Under the pieces are notes generated by a model. The model was not told where the DNA came from. It did not search any database and worked only from the letters and a program-made list of their open reading frames with translations. Below are positions 19,001 to 26,337 of a stretch of DNA of 32,804 nt, piece by piece. The translations under genes were made by a program, and so were the position numbers. Every line of letters begins with the position of its first letter. Position 1 is the stretch's first letter. This DNA is from a virus (lineage: Duplodnaviria > Caudoviricetes): IMG/VR virus record IMGVR_UViG_3300030117_002054, positions 1 to 32,804 of that record; one strand, written 5' to 3'.

Positions 19001-19309
19001 GCTACATCAATGGCACTTACTGGTGGAAACTATTTAGAAGGTTTGGTAAAAGAAAAGTTTCCAGAAGAGCAAGGCATTGGTAATGCTTTAACAGGGGTAG
19101 GAGGCGCAGGTCCATCAATACTAAAAGATTATTATGATGGTTTTGTTGAAATGACCACAGGAGATTTTGGACAAGGTGCTAAAGAAACTATTAGAGCATT
19201 ACCATACATGCGGCTTTGGTTTATTCACGGTTTAGTAAACAACATGACTTCAGCTTTAGACGATGCAATAGATGAAGATGGTGGTTTTGTTGGATTTGGT
19301 AGATACTAA
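16067..19309 (+). CDS. Large internal virion/ejection protein (gp16-like)
   Basis: 1080 aa, DPINLI motif, PFQFYSY near the C-terminus. Position fits. Confidence 0.65.
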   Translation: MIDAYSVTPFLATDKEPLARDNKATLWETTGALIGEWSPFVENFTMMGDDMLDYDPDFDVVDAVGNLDASYSKYAFNLMFARSEDHFNYLVDRLDRSKARQDVLANSSIGNIIIASFFDPINLISLPLGVGKTALQTGMNVAKFNVALSTAEEVIKSASDPVRRDPTMSALNIGTSGIAGFTLGSLAGLIKNRSAPQVVKTTTKETDELINKMSDSPADPSLVKNWYTDSWFFKFATSPFKRTMLNDEVPTEVKQFQYDLDGDLGQLHNAHVNGQTLGRSVHMDQAKYKAEFAVLYSKMLSAFGRAQSEGVIKFLDYPLGKQRKFDEFITRINEKRIDGLKGDNAIEEELINSLNIFAKKWENRLRDTGLIGTLDHFKKQKTFWAGVIKRNENIIKRLEDKAKSGRKLGLSKSDSKYLKRVQERLSMYKAHYEGILATIDDVELSQQTAGIKPPNETIFHPRYWKKDYIKKNRQDFYRILYDWFKENPEVIKWSPDNPVERIRASTRPEDIKERVNKTIDTILGMSDETSFENAFFGYGKSKHFMHRQLDIPNYLVKDFIETNPMTTFMAYTMKVAPRYSFAAKFGSRTFDDVAEDRFDDLIASGMSYDKANKVMADIRTSYDRVMNTPVREPHSWSAKTARVIKDLATLNYMGRVGFSSISELGRIMAEHGVGRTLRTILSRNDLKIKLAADEAAKAGEALEGALQSTSMRFSDEMFANPLYHSVWERGKDAFYVLNLLTPITKALKRLDGTIRQDSLISMAIKEHNPKLAKEFGLPKIKKWELEYLRRNNISSEDSKKLAFQEGTKWERGDSGLIYANTDEWTDLELQATFRESLSSGILNTIMMGTSADRPRIADGVALIPIRVARQFGMKEDPKYKGYARVENAILSMPFQFYSYTLANINKTIAAYTTGQMKSPIFGTMWMVGLAYLSLELKSQTSKGSERAWDSLSYTDQFIRAFDYSGAAAIYTDFFYQSIATSMALTGGNYLEGLVKEKFPEEQGIGNALTGVGGAGPSILKDYYDGFVEMTTGDFGQGAKETIRALPYMRLWFIHGLVNNMTSALDDAIDEDGGFVGFGRY

Positions 19310-19310
19310 T

Positions 19311-19320
19311 TTGTGCGTTG
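19311..19320 (+). promoter_or_regulatory. TTGTGCGTTG late-module motif, copy 4
   Basis: Immediately after the gp16-like stop and upstream of the tail fibre gene. Confidence 0.6.
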
Positions 19321-19364
19321 TCACTTTATTTGTTCACTGCTATTTCACACAAAAGAGGTGAACT

Positions 19365-20315
19365 ATGACAATTAGCTTAAGTGATAACGATCCAAGAATT
19401 TCTTATACAGTTGCTCAAGGTGCAACTCAAACTTCTTTTACTGTACCATTTGAATTTTTTGCTAATTCAGATTTGAATGTTTATGTTGATGGAACATTAA
19501 AAACATTAACTACACATTATTCAGTAACAGGTGGTGATGGGTCTACTGGAACAGTTACAATATCTGTTACTGGTGCAACTGGTGGATCTACAGTTATAAT
19601 TACAAGATCTATTGGTTTAGATCGAACAACAGATTTTCCTTCTTCTGGGCCATTTAACATAGCTTCATTGAATACAGAGTTAGATAGACTAATTGCTATT
19701 GCTGCTGATTTAAAAGATCAAAGCGATAGATCTTTAAAACTTATTGATTATGATTCAGAAGTAGATACACAAGTACCATTACTTGCTTCTCGAAAAGGTA
19801 AAGTTTTAGGTTTTAATCTTACAACGGGAGCGGCTGAAGCTGGTCCACAAATTTCAGATGTTCAAACATTAGCAGATATATCTACCGATATTGCATCACT
19901 TGCAGATATTGAAGATGGAACAACAGCAACTGATGCTATATCTGGCTTAGCGGCAATAAAAGCAAATGTTACAACTGTTGCTGGAATATCATCAAATGTT
20001 ACTACAGTTGCTGGGATATCATCAAATGTAACTTCGGTTGCTGCTGATGCTTCAGACATTGGAGTGGTGGCTGGAGCAATTTCAAATGTAAATACGGTTG
20101 CTGGAATCTCAACTAATATAATAGCTTTGGGTGGTATAAGTTCTGATATTACTGCCGTTGCTAATGATGCAACAGATATAGGCAACGTTGCTGGAAGTAT
20201 AGCAAATATTAATTTGGTAGCTTCTAATATTAACTCAGGAGCATTAACTGCTATTAATGATTATGGCAGTGTTGCTAATGCAACCACCTCAACAAATGAT
20301 TATGGGAGTGTATAA
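19365..20315 (+). CDS. Tail fibre/adaptor with T7 gp17-like N-terminal anchor
   Basis: FTVPFEFF..SDLNVYVDG...LNTELDRL anchor, then 10-aa repeats. GAGGTG SD. Confidence 0.85.
   Translation: MTISLSDNDPRISYTVAQGATQTSFTVPFEFFANSDLNVYVDGTLKTLTTHYSVTGGDGSTGTVTISVTGATGGSTVIITRSIGLDRTTDFPSSGPFNIASLNTELDRLIAIAADLKDQSDRSLKLIDYDSEVDTQVPLLASRKGKVLGFNLTTGAAEAGPQISDVQTLADISTDIASLADIEDGTTATDAISGLAAIKANVTTVAGISSNVTTVAGISSNVTSVAADASDIGVVAGAISNVNTVAGISTNIIALGGISSDITAVANDATDIGNVAGSIANINLVASNINSGALTAINDYGSVANATTSTNDYGSV
19965..20230 (+). repeat. Coding 30-bp / 10-aa tandem repeats (NVTTVAGISS-like)
   Basis: NVTTVAGISS twice, then degenerate copies (NVTSVAADAS, DIGVVAGAIS, NVNTVAGIST...). Confidence 0.8.
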
Positions 20316-22499
20316 ATGGCTATACAAGTACAACTAAGGCGAGGCACAGCAGCGCAAAACAATGCGTTTACTGGTGCAATAGGTGAACTTAGTTTTGACA
20401 CAACAGCTAATCAAGTTCGTATCCACGATGGATCAACGGCTGGTGGTTTTAAAATTGGTGTAGGAAACTTTCCAACTGGAACAAATAACGTTGCTTTAGG
20501 AAATACACCACTTGATTCTCTTGATGGAAGCAGTCCAGGCGGTAATAACACAGCAGTTGGTCATGATGCTTTAACTGCAACTACAACTGGTGATGATTTA
20601 GTAGCGATTGGTAAAGATGCTCTAAAAGCAAATACAACAGCAAATAGTAATGTAGCTGTTGGTAGTGGTGCATTATCAACATCTACTACAGCAACAGATA
20701 ATACTGCGGTTGGTTTTCAAGCTTTAAAGGCTAATGATTCTGGCGCAGATAATGTAGCTGTTGGTGATGAAGCTGGACATGATATTACATCAGGCAGCAG
20801 AAATACTATCTTAGGCTCTAAAGCTGGAGATGCCGCAACAACAACAGATGATACAACATTGGTCGGTTATGGTGCTGGCGGTGGTGCTGTTATGACAGGC
20901 CATGATAATGTTGCTGTTGGTGCAAATGCTTTTAGTGCAGCAACATCAGCACATAGCAATGTTATAGTGGGTAAAGATGCTGGGGTTGCATTAAGCTCTG
21001 GAAGCAAAAATGTTGCTATTGGTTATGAAGCATTAAAAACAGAAGATGGTGACGGTAATAATGTTGCTGTTGGTTATCAAGCTTTAAAAAGTCTTAATGC
21101 TGGAGCAGATGGTAATAATACAGCTATTGGTTATGCAACAGGCAATACAATTTCAACAGGCACAGCAAATACCTTAATGGGTGCTTTTGCTGGAGATGCT
21201 CTTACGACAGGCTCTAACAATATAGCAATAGGTTATGAAGCATTATCAACTGAAGATGCAAACGGAAAAAATCTTGCTATTGGATATCAAGCACTTAAAA
21301 CACTTAATGCTGGGGCAGACGGCTTTAATACTGTTATTGGCTATCAAGCTGGTACTTCAATGAACACTGGCACCGTCAATACACTAATTGGTCATCAAGC
21401 TGGAGATGCACTAACTACTGGTAATAATAATATAGCTATTGGGCATGAAGCTTTAGGATCAGAAGTACAAGGTGACATGAATACTGCTATTGGTGTGGGG
21501 GCTTTACAAAATCAAGCTAATTCTTCAGATGCAGATGTTATAAATACTGCTATTGGGTATAACGCAGGATTATCAGTTACCACAGGCGCAGAAAATACTA
21601 TGATGGGTGGCGAGGCTGGCGATGCTTTAACTGTAGGTAATGCAAATGTTGCTATTGGAGTTCAGGCACTAAGTGCTGATACAAACGGTAGTCGTTCTGT
21701 GGCTATTGGTGCAACTGCCTTAAAAGTAACAGAAGCAGATGGAAGCACCTCTAATAATGTTTATAATGTTGCTGTTGGATATGCTGCTGGGTTGGCGGTC
21801 ACATCAGGATATTATAATACTATACTAGGTGGCCTTGCTGGGAATGAGCTAACAACTGGTAATGGAAATATTTTAGTAGGTTATGATGCTGGCAATGATT
21901 TAACTAGCGGCTCTGATAATAATGTTTGTATTGGTCGTAATTCTGGTGATGGTTTAACAGCTAATGCTGATGACAATGTTATGATAGGTGTTAATTCAAC
22001 AACGCACTCTAGCGATTCTGGTAGGCAAATTACGATAGGGTCAAGTATAGATAGTATTGGCGGTGGTTATATTACTCTTGGCAATAATAGTGATGGCAGA
22101 ATATATAATTATCCTTCTTCAAACGCTACTTGGACACGGACATCAGACGAACGCATAAAGAAAGATATTCAAACAAATACTGATTGCGGCTTAGCTTTTA
22201 TTAATGATTTAAGAACTGTTACTTATAAGTGGAAAGCCCCGTCTGAACATCCAGAAAACTTTTTAAGTTATGATGCAGAAAAAACTGAAGCAACACATAC
22301 TGATAAAATGTATGGGCTTATTGCTCAAGAAGTAAAAACGGCAATGGAAACTCATAACATTACAGATTTTGCTGGCTGGCATACTGCACAAGGTCATGGT
22401 GATCAACAGGGGGTTTCTTATGAAATGTTTGTTATGCCTTTGATTAAAGCAGTTCAAGAGTTAAGCGCAAAGGTAGCAGCATTAGAAGCGGCTGAATAG
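20316..22499 (+). CDS. Receptor-binding tail fibre: Mtd-N-like N-terminus, N(T/V)A(V/I)G beta-repeats, C-terminal peptidase S74 chaperone
   Basis: QVQLRRGT...FTGAIGEL..DT...HDGSTAGG at the start, many NxAVG..AL repeats, SDERIKKDI autocleavage motif. Confidence 0.88.
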   Translation: MAIQVQLRRGTAAQNNAFTGAIGELSFDTTANQVRIHDGSTAGGFKIGVGNFPTGTNNVALGNTPLDSLDGSSPGGNNTAVGHDALTATTTGDDLVAIGKDALKANTTANSNVAVGSGALSTSTTATDNTAVGFQALKANDSGADNVAVGDEAGHDITSGSRNTILGSKAGDAATTTDDTTLVGYGAGGGAVMTGHDNVAVGANAFSAATSAHSNVIVGKDAGVALSSGSKNVAIGYEALKTEDGDGNNVAVGYQALKSLNAGADGNNTAIGYATGNTISTGTANTLMGAFAGDALTTGSNNIAIGYEALSTEDANGKNLAIGYQALKTLNAGADGFNTVIGYQAGTSMNTGTVNTLIGHQAGDALTTGNNNIAIGHEALGSEVQGDMNTAIGVGALQNQANSSDADVINTAIGYNAGLSVTTGAENTMMGGEAGDALTVGNANVAIGVQALSADTNGSRSVAIGATALKVTEADGSTSNNVYNVAVGYAAGLAVTSGYYNTILGGLAGNELTTGNGNILVGYDAGNDLTSGSDNNVCIGRNSGDGLTANADDNVMIGVNSTTHSSDSGRQITIGSSIDSIGGGYITLGNNSDGRIYNYPSSNATWTRTSDERIKKDIQTNTDCGLAFINDLRTVTYKWKAPSEHPENFLSYDAEKTEATHTDKMYGLIAQEVKTAMETHNITDFAGWHTAQGHGDQQGVSYEMFVMPLIKAVQELSAKVAALEAAE

Positions 22500-22507
22500 G
22501 TGTTTAT

Positions 22508-22867
22508 GTGGATGGTCTACCAAAAGTAAGCATTGGAATAATTGGAGTAGTTATACTTCAAATTGGTGGATTTATTTGGTGGACTGCACAACAAGCATCA
22601 ACAATATCTAATTTAGAATCTACTGTTTCTCAGCTTTCTGCACAATCAGAAGTGCAAGATAAAGTTAATATGCAGAGGGATATATTAGCTAACAGTGAAA
22701 AATTAGATGATATTGAAAAAGATCTTAATGATCTTTGGGAAGAAACAGAAATGATTTGGGAAGATCTTGGTGGCATGGCAGATCATATGATGCAGATTAT
22801 TAAGCTACAATCTAGGATAGCTATACTAGAAAAAACTGTGGAGTTTTCTAGAAAAGATGCGATGTAG
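22508..22867 (+). CDS. Membrane-anchored coiled-coil protein (lysis region)
   Basis: N-terminal hydrophobic IGIIGVVILQIGGFIWW, then heptad-rich sequence. Confidence 0.6.
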   Translation: MDGLPKVSIGIIGVVILQIGGFIWWTAQQASTISNLESTVSQLSAQSEVQDKVNMQRDILANSEKLDDIEKDLNDLWEETEMIWEDLGGMADHMMQIIKLQSRIAILEKTVEFSRKDAM

Positions 22868-22869
22868 TT

Positions 22870-23325
22870 ATGGACCCAATTACAATTCTTGCTGGTATCA
22901 AAACAGGATTAGCTGCTGGTAAATCAGTAGCTGGTTTGTCTAAACAGATTGGACAATTCTTTGACGCAACTGACCACGCTAAGAAAACGCTACAGAAAAA
23001 AGGTGTATCAAGCAAAAGTGCAAATGCTACGGCTTTGGATCGTTGGGCGAAACTTAGACAGGCTGCGGAAGCTGAAGAAGAACTCAAAGAATGGATTACT
23101 CAAACCTACGGAAGATCAAAATACCTAGAGTTATTAAAGATTCGTAGGGAAGTTTTGGCTGAGAAACGTGAAGCAGAGGCTCAGGCGAGGCGTGAGGCAC
23201 AGCAAAGGGCTGAGTTAGGTCTTACTGTAGCTTCAATAGTTTTGCTTCTCACTGCGGCTGTCATTGGCTCTACAGCTTATTTGCATTATATGGGTTGGTT
23301 AGATGTTTGGGATTATTTACCCTGA
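22870..23325 (+). CDS. Hypothetical protein with C-terminal TM helix
   Basis: MDPITILAG start, hydrophobic LGLTVASIVLLLTAAVIG. Confidence 0.7.
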   Translation: MDPITILAGIKTGLAAGKSVAGLSKQIGQFFDATDHAKKTLQKKGVSSKSANATALDRWAKLRQAAEAEEELKEWITQTYGRSKYLELLKIRREVLAEKREAEAQARREAQQRAELGLTVASIVLLLTAAVIGSTAYLHYMGWLDVWDYLP

Positions 23326-23424
23326 GATTAGTAGAAATTAAATACAATAGGTTTGTTGTATATACAGATAACAACAAATTAGTTATACAAACAAGTGAAA
23401 GAAAAATAGCAAAGAGATTTTGTG

Positions 23425-23649
23425 ATGGTAAAATTAACAGCAAGCGCAATAGATCAGCTAAAAATACTACCTAGACTAGCTTTTCTTTGCCAAATAGTTT
23501 TAACTTGGAAAGTTTGTCTTTGGTTTATGACGCTCGAAGACCCAACAACTCAGCAAAGCGCGTTTGTATCTTTGGTTACTGCAATGCTTAGTGCATCTTT
23601 TGCACTTTGGTTAGGCAAAGAAGCTAAGACAGATAGGATAAACGAATGA
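23425..23649 (+). CDS. Two-TM membrane protein (holin-like)
   Basis: ILPRL...WFM.L..PT.QQSAFVS with two hydrophobic segments. Confidence 0.6.
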   Translation: MVKLTASAIDQLKILPRLAFLCQIVLTWKVCLWFMTLEDPTTQQSAFVSLVTAMLSASFALWLGKEAKTDRINE

Positions 23650-23987
23650 TTGGTATACTTTCAAGTGTAGCAAACTTAGCTACAACATTTATTGACAGCA
23701 AAGCAAAGGTTAAAGCTGCTGAAGCTGAAACTAAAATGAAGATTGCGACTGGTGAAATCAGTTGGGAGCAAGCTGCTATTGAGGCTAGTGCTGATAGCTG
23801 GAAAGACGAGGCTTGGACTCTTTGCTTCATAGCTATTGTTTTAGGTTCATTTGTTCCTTGGCTTCAGCCTTACATGAAACAAGGTTTTGAAAATTTACAA
23901 GCTGCTCCGCAGTGGTTTAGTTGGGCTATGTATGCTTCAATAGCTGCAAGTTTTGGTATCCGTACAATGAAAGGATTTAAGAAATGA
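23646..23987 (+). CDS. Holin (3TM / GTA-holin-like)
   Basis: SWKDEAWT...IAASFGIR motif, directly before the endolysin. Confidence 0.7.
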   Translation: MIGILSSVANLATTFIDSKAKVKAAEAETKMKIATGEISWEQAAIEASADSWKDEAWTLCFIAIVLGSFVPWLQPYMKQGFENLQAAPQWFSWAMYASIAASFGIRTMKGFKK

Positions 23988-24442
23988 GTTTTAAATTAGG
24001 TAAAGGAAGTTTAGCAAAACTTGAAGGTGTTGATGAGCGCATGGTTGCAATAGTTAAGTATGCTATTGGTGTTAGCAAACAGGACTTTTCTTGTATATGT
24101 GGTTTAAGAACTATTGAAGAACAAAGAGCATTGGTTGCTAAAGGTGCTTCTAAAACTATGAAGTCTAAGCATTTAGATGGTCATGCTGTAGATCTTATGG
24201 CTTATATTAAAGGTGTTGGTGATCGTTGGGAACTGAAGCTTTATGATGAGATTGCTGATGCAATGAAGTTAGCGGCTAAAGATATTGGTGTTCCTGTTAG
24301 GTGGGGAGCCGCTTGGCACATCAATAATATTGCTGAGTATGATGGCACAATGGAGCAAGCTTTGAATGAATACTGTGATCTTCGAAGATCGCAAGGTAAG
24401 CGTCCGTTTATTGATGCGCCTCATTTTGAGTTAAGACTTTAA
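23984..24442 (+). CDS. Endolysin, M15-family (L-Ala-D-Glu-type) peptidase
   Basis: GLRTIEEQ, SKHLDGHAVD (SxHxxGxAxD) and DAPHFEL motifs. Confidence 0.9.
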   Translation: MSFKLGKGSLAKLEGVDERMVAIVKYAIGVSKQDFSCICGLRTIEEQRALVAKGASKTMKSKHLDGHAVDLMAYIKGVGDRWELKLYDEIADAMKLAAKDIGVPVRWGAAWHINNIAEYDGTMEQALNEYCDLRRSQGKRPFIDAPHFELRL

Positions 24443-24607
24443 AATATCTTGTAATACTTGTTTTGCTGAATCCATAGCTTTTAATTTACTTGGAGAATAT
24501 CCAGATCCTTCTCCGCTATCACTATTAGCATATGTACCAAGTTCCCATTCACCTATTGCATCAAGTAACATTAACATTTCTTGTTTAGTAAGCTTTACTG
24601 TTTTCAT
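24431..24607 (-). CDS. 58-aa hypothetical protein MKTVKLTKQEMLML...
   Basis: Hand-translated. Converges on and overlaps the endolysin 3' end by 12 nt. Confidence 0.55.
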   Translation of the reverse strand: MKTVKLTKQEMLMLLDAIGEWELGTYANSDSGEGSGYSPSKLKAMDSAKQVLQDILKS

Positions 24608-24619
24608 TGTCTTAGCCTT

Positions 24620-24799
24620 TTATTTTATTGTGAATTCAATGTGTCCGCTGCAGTATGCAGGGTCAGAATTTTCACTGTCAAAATCAAGTATTGTTTCTAA
24701 TTCTTTTGGCTCTAAATCATTATCATTTAAATTATAAAAAATAATTTGTTTATTAGAATCAAGATTGCAAAGCCTTTCTATTAAATCCTTAACTTTCAT
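24620..24799 (-). CDS. 59-aa hypothetical protein MKVKDLIERL...
   Basis: Hand-translated. ATGA overlap with the upstream gene, GGAG SD. Confidence 0.65.
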   Translation of the reverse strand: MKVKDLIERLCNLDSNKQIIFYNLNDNDLEPKELETILDFDSENSDPAYCSGHIEFTIK

Positions 24800-25002
24800 T
24801 GTGGTCTCCGTTTTGGTTTGATAATTCGTGACGCTACGTCACTTTCAACGCAATACATTTCTGTACCGTTAACTAAATTATAAAGTTTATCTGTTGCATA
24901 CTGTGCTTCGTAACAAGATTCGTAATCATTGAACCAAATCATTGTTGCTGTTTCTTCAGATTTAATATGATAAACTAAAACTAATGCCGTAAAGAAATCC
25001 AT
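24796..25002 (-). CDS. Hypothetical protein
   Basis: 68 aa, hydrophobic N-terminus, TAATG coupling. Confidence 0.65.
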   Translation of the reverse strand: MDFFTALVLVYHIKSEETATMIWFNDYESCYEAQYATDKLYNLVNGTEMYCVESDVASRIIKPKRRPQ

Positions 25003-25277
25003 TACGACATTTGCTTTTTAATATTGTGGACAGAAGTTTTACTTACTCCACAGATAATAGCTGTTGAACCAATACACCAACCTCTTTCTAAGAAGTATAC
25101 TATGTCTTTGATTTCATTGGCTTTTAGCTTGTCGTTGCGCCAACCGTCACCTCTCGTCAGTCTTTTCTTGGTTATCTTTTTTTTCTTTTTGATTGGCGTT
25201 CCAAATTTTCTGTTTTGTCTGGCGGCTACTTCTTGCGCGTCAGCAAGCATTGCTTTTGCTAATTCATCTTCGGTCAT
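25002..25277 (-). CDS. Protein with C-terminal HTH (candidate transcription regulator)
   Basis: GWCIGSTAIICGVSKTSVHNIKK HTH pattern. ATG 25277 with GGAG SD. Confidence 0.6.
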   Translation of the reverse strand: MTEDELAKAMLADAQEVAARQNRKFGTPIKKKKKITKKRLTRGDGWRNDKLKANEIKDIVYFLERGWCIGSTAIICGVSKTSVHNIKKQMS

Positions 25278-25287
25278 TGTGTACTCC

Positions 25288-25319
25288 AAAAAAAAGGCCA
25301 GCCCCGATTAGAGGCTGGC
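25288..25319 (-). terminator. Rho-independent terminator after the SSB-like gene
   Basis: Minus strand GCCAGCCTC-TAATC-GGGGCTGGC-C-T8. Confidence 0.8.
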
Positions 25320-25382
25320 AAGGTATACGCATGGAGTTGTTTGACAAAACAGGCAGTGTCCATGCGGAGAACTATGTTGCTA

Positions 25383-25784
25383 TTAAAACGGAATCTTTTC
25401 ATCTTTCAAGTCCGAATTTGTTTTTTGTTGTGGATCAGAGATCTCTATACTCATGTATGGCTTTTCATCGCCAGTCATTCGTATCCAAGATGCAATACGT
25501 TTTAAGATTGGTGGTGTAGTCCAAGGCATACGTTTATCATTGGGATTGTACATAGTTCCAGTATAAGCAGGTGCGCCTTCTTTTTCATTGTCATTGGGAA
25601 ACATTACTCCGACTTTCTCAAAGACTTCTACTAATTCTTTTTGATCTCGTGTCATTCTTCGAACAAATGCGTAGCGAGAGTCACGACCTGCAACATTTAT
25701 ATTACCTTGTAGTATTAATTCCATGTCTGCGAATGGTGGAAACAATGCACCATCATTTGTTTTATCATATTCTTTTTCTGCCAT
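25383..25784 (-). CDS. Single-stranded DNA-binding protein (DUF736-like)
   Basis: GALF...APAYTG...ASW...YMSIEIS and an acidic tail ending IPF. Follows erf. Confidence 0.7.
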   Translation of the reverse strand: MAEKEYDKTNDGALFPPFADMELILQGNINVAGRDSRYAFVRRMTRDQKELVEVFEKVGVMFPNDNEKEGAPAYTGTMYNPNDKRMPWTTPPILKRIASWIRMTGDEKPYMSIEISDPQQKTNSDLKDEKIPF

Positions 25785-25807
25785 GCTTTTGGCTCCTTTT
25801 GCTTAGT

Positions 25808-25881
25808 TGTGGTGAGGGGTTCTTGGGGAACCTCCCCCTCGATAAGGCCACATAGGTGCTGTAGCTACCTCTCCCCAAGAA
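25808..25881 (-). ncRNA. Putative cis-regulatory pseudoknot in the SSB 5' leader
   Basis: A 10-bp stem 25820-25829/25872-25881 crosses stems 25814-25819/25835-25840 and 25808-25812/25848-25852. Confidence 0.5.
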
Positions 25882-26337
25882 TTAGCTAGGCCATTTAGTT
25901 ACAACATTCTTTGTTGCTTTGCTTACTTCGGTGCTTCGCCCTGACTGCGGCACCGAAGTTCGCGCAACAGCAAGCTCACCATCATCATCTTCTGTAGGCA
26001 AGTTCAGTAGCGATAGTATACCGTAACGTCTGGCATAAGTGATCGCACTGCCTAAGCCTTGCATATCATTTTTACCAAGTACCAAAGGTATGTCTGTTGA
26101 TATTCTTTCACCATCAACATGTAAAAGTTCTGTGGTAATACACATACCATGCTCATTGTTAATGCCTCGATGCAAAAGTAAGAAGCCATTATTTTCTAAT
26201 GGTTCTGTAACAGCAGTTATTACATTCTCCAATGTAGCATATTTGTTGCCAAAGTGTGGGTTTTTCCCATCACGTTTGATAGGCTCTATTTCTTTCCGAG
26301 CCTTCATTAGTTGTGAAGTAAAGTTAGATTGTGTCAT
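25882..26337 (-). CDS. erf: ERF-family ssDNA annealing protein
   Basis: NPHFGNKYATLE, QGLGSAITYARRY and EDDDG motifs. Confidence 0.92.
   Translation of the reverse strand: MTQSNFTSQLMKARKEIEPIKRDGKNPHFGNKYATLENVITAVTEPLENNGFLLLHRGINNEHGMCITTELLHVDGERISTDIPLVLGKNDMQGLGSAITYARRYGILSLLNLPTEDDDGELAVARTSVPQSGRSTEVSKATKNVVTKWPS

Noticed and set aside
12991-19309. Lytic transglycosylase or virion RNA polymerase domain in the large internal proteins
   Set aside because: No catalytic motifs recognised by eye. A profile search would be needed.
16330-20185. Antisense ORFs inside structural genes (e.g. 16330-16749, 18019-18258, 19862-20185)
   Set aside because: These are shadow frames of long genes with biased codon usage.
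20313-20318. In-frame TAA-ATG junction as a nonsense-split single tail fibre
   Set aside because: The second ORF has a GGGAG SD and a typical independent N-terminal domain.
20316-22499. Diversity-generating retroelement suggested by the Mtd-like N-terminus
   Set aside because: No reverse transcriptase ORF and no template/variable repeat pair seen. The fibre ends in an S74 chaperone, not a C-type lectin variable region.
24648-24660. CTGCAGTATGCAG as a fourth operator
   Set aside because: The spacer is 3 nt rather than 4, it lies inside a coding region, and there is no adjacent promoter.
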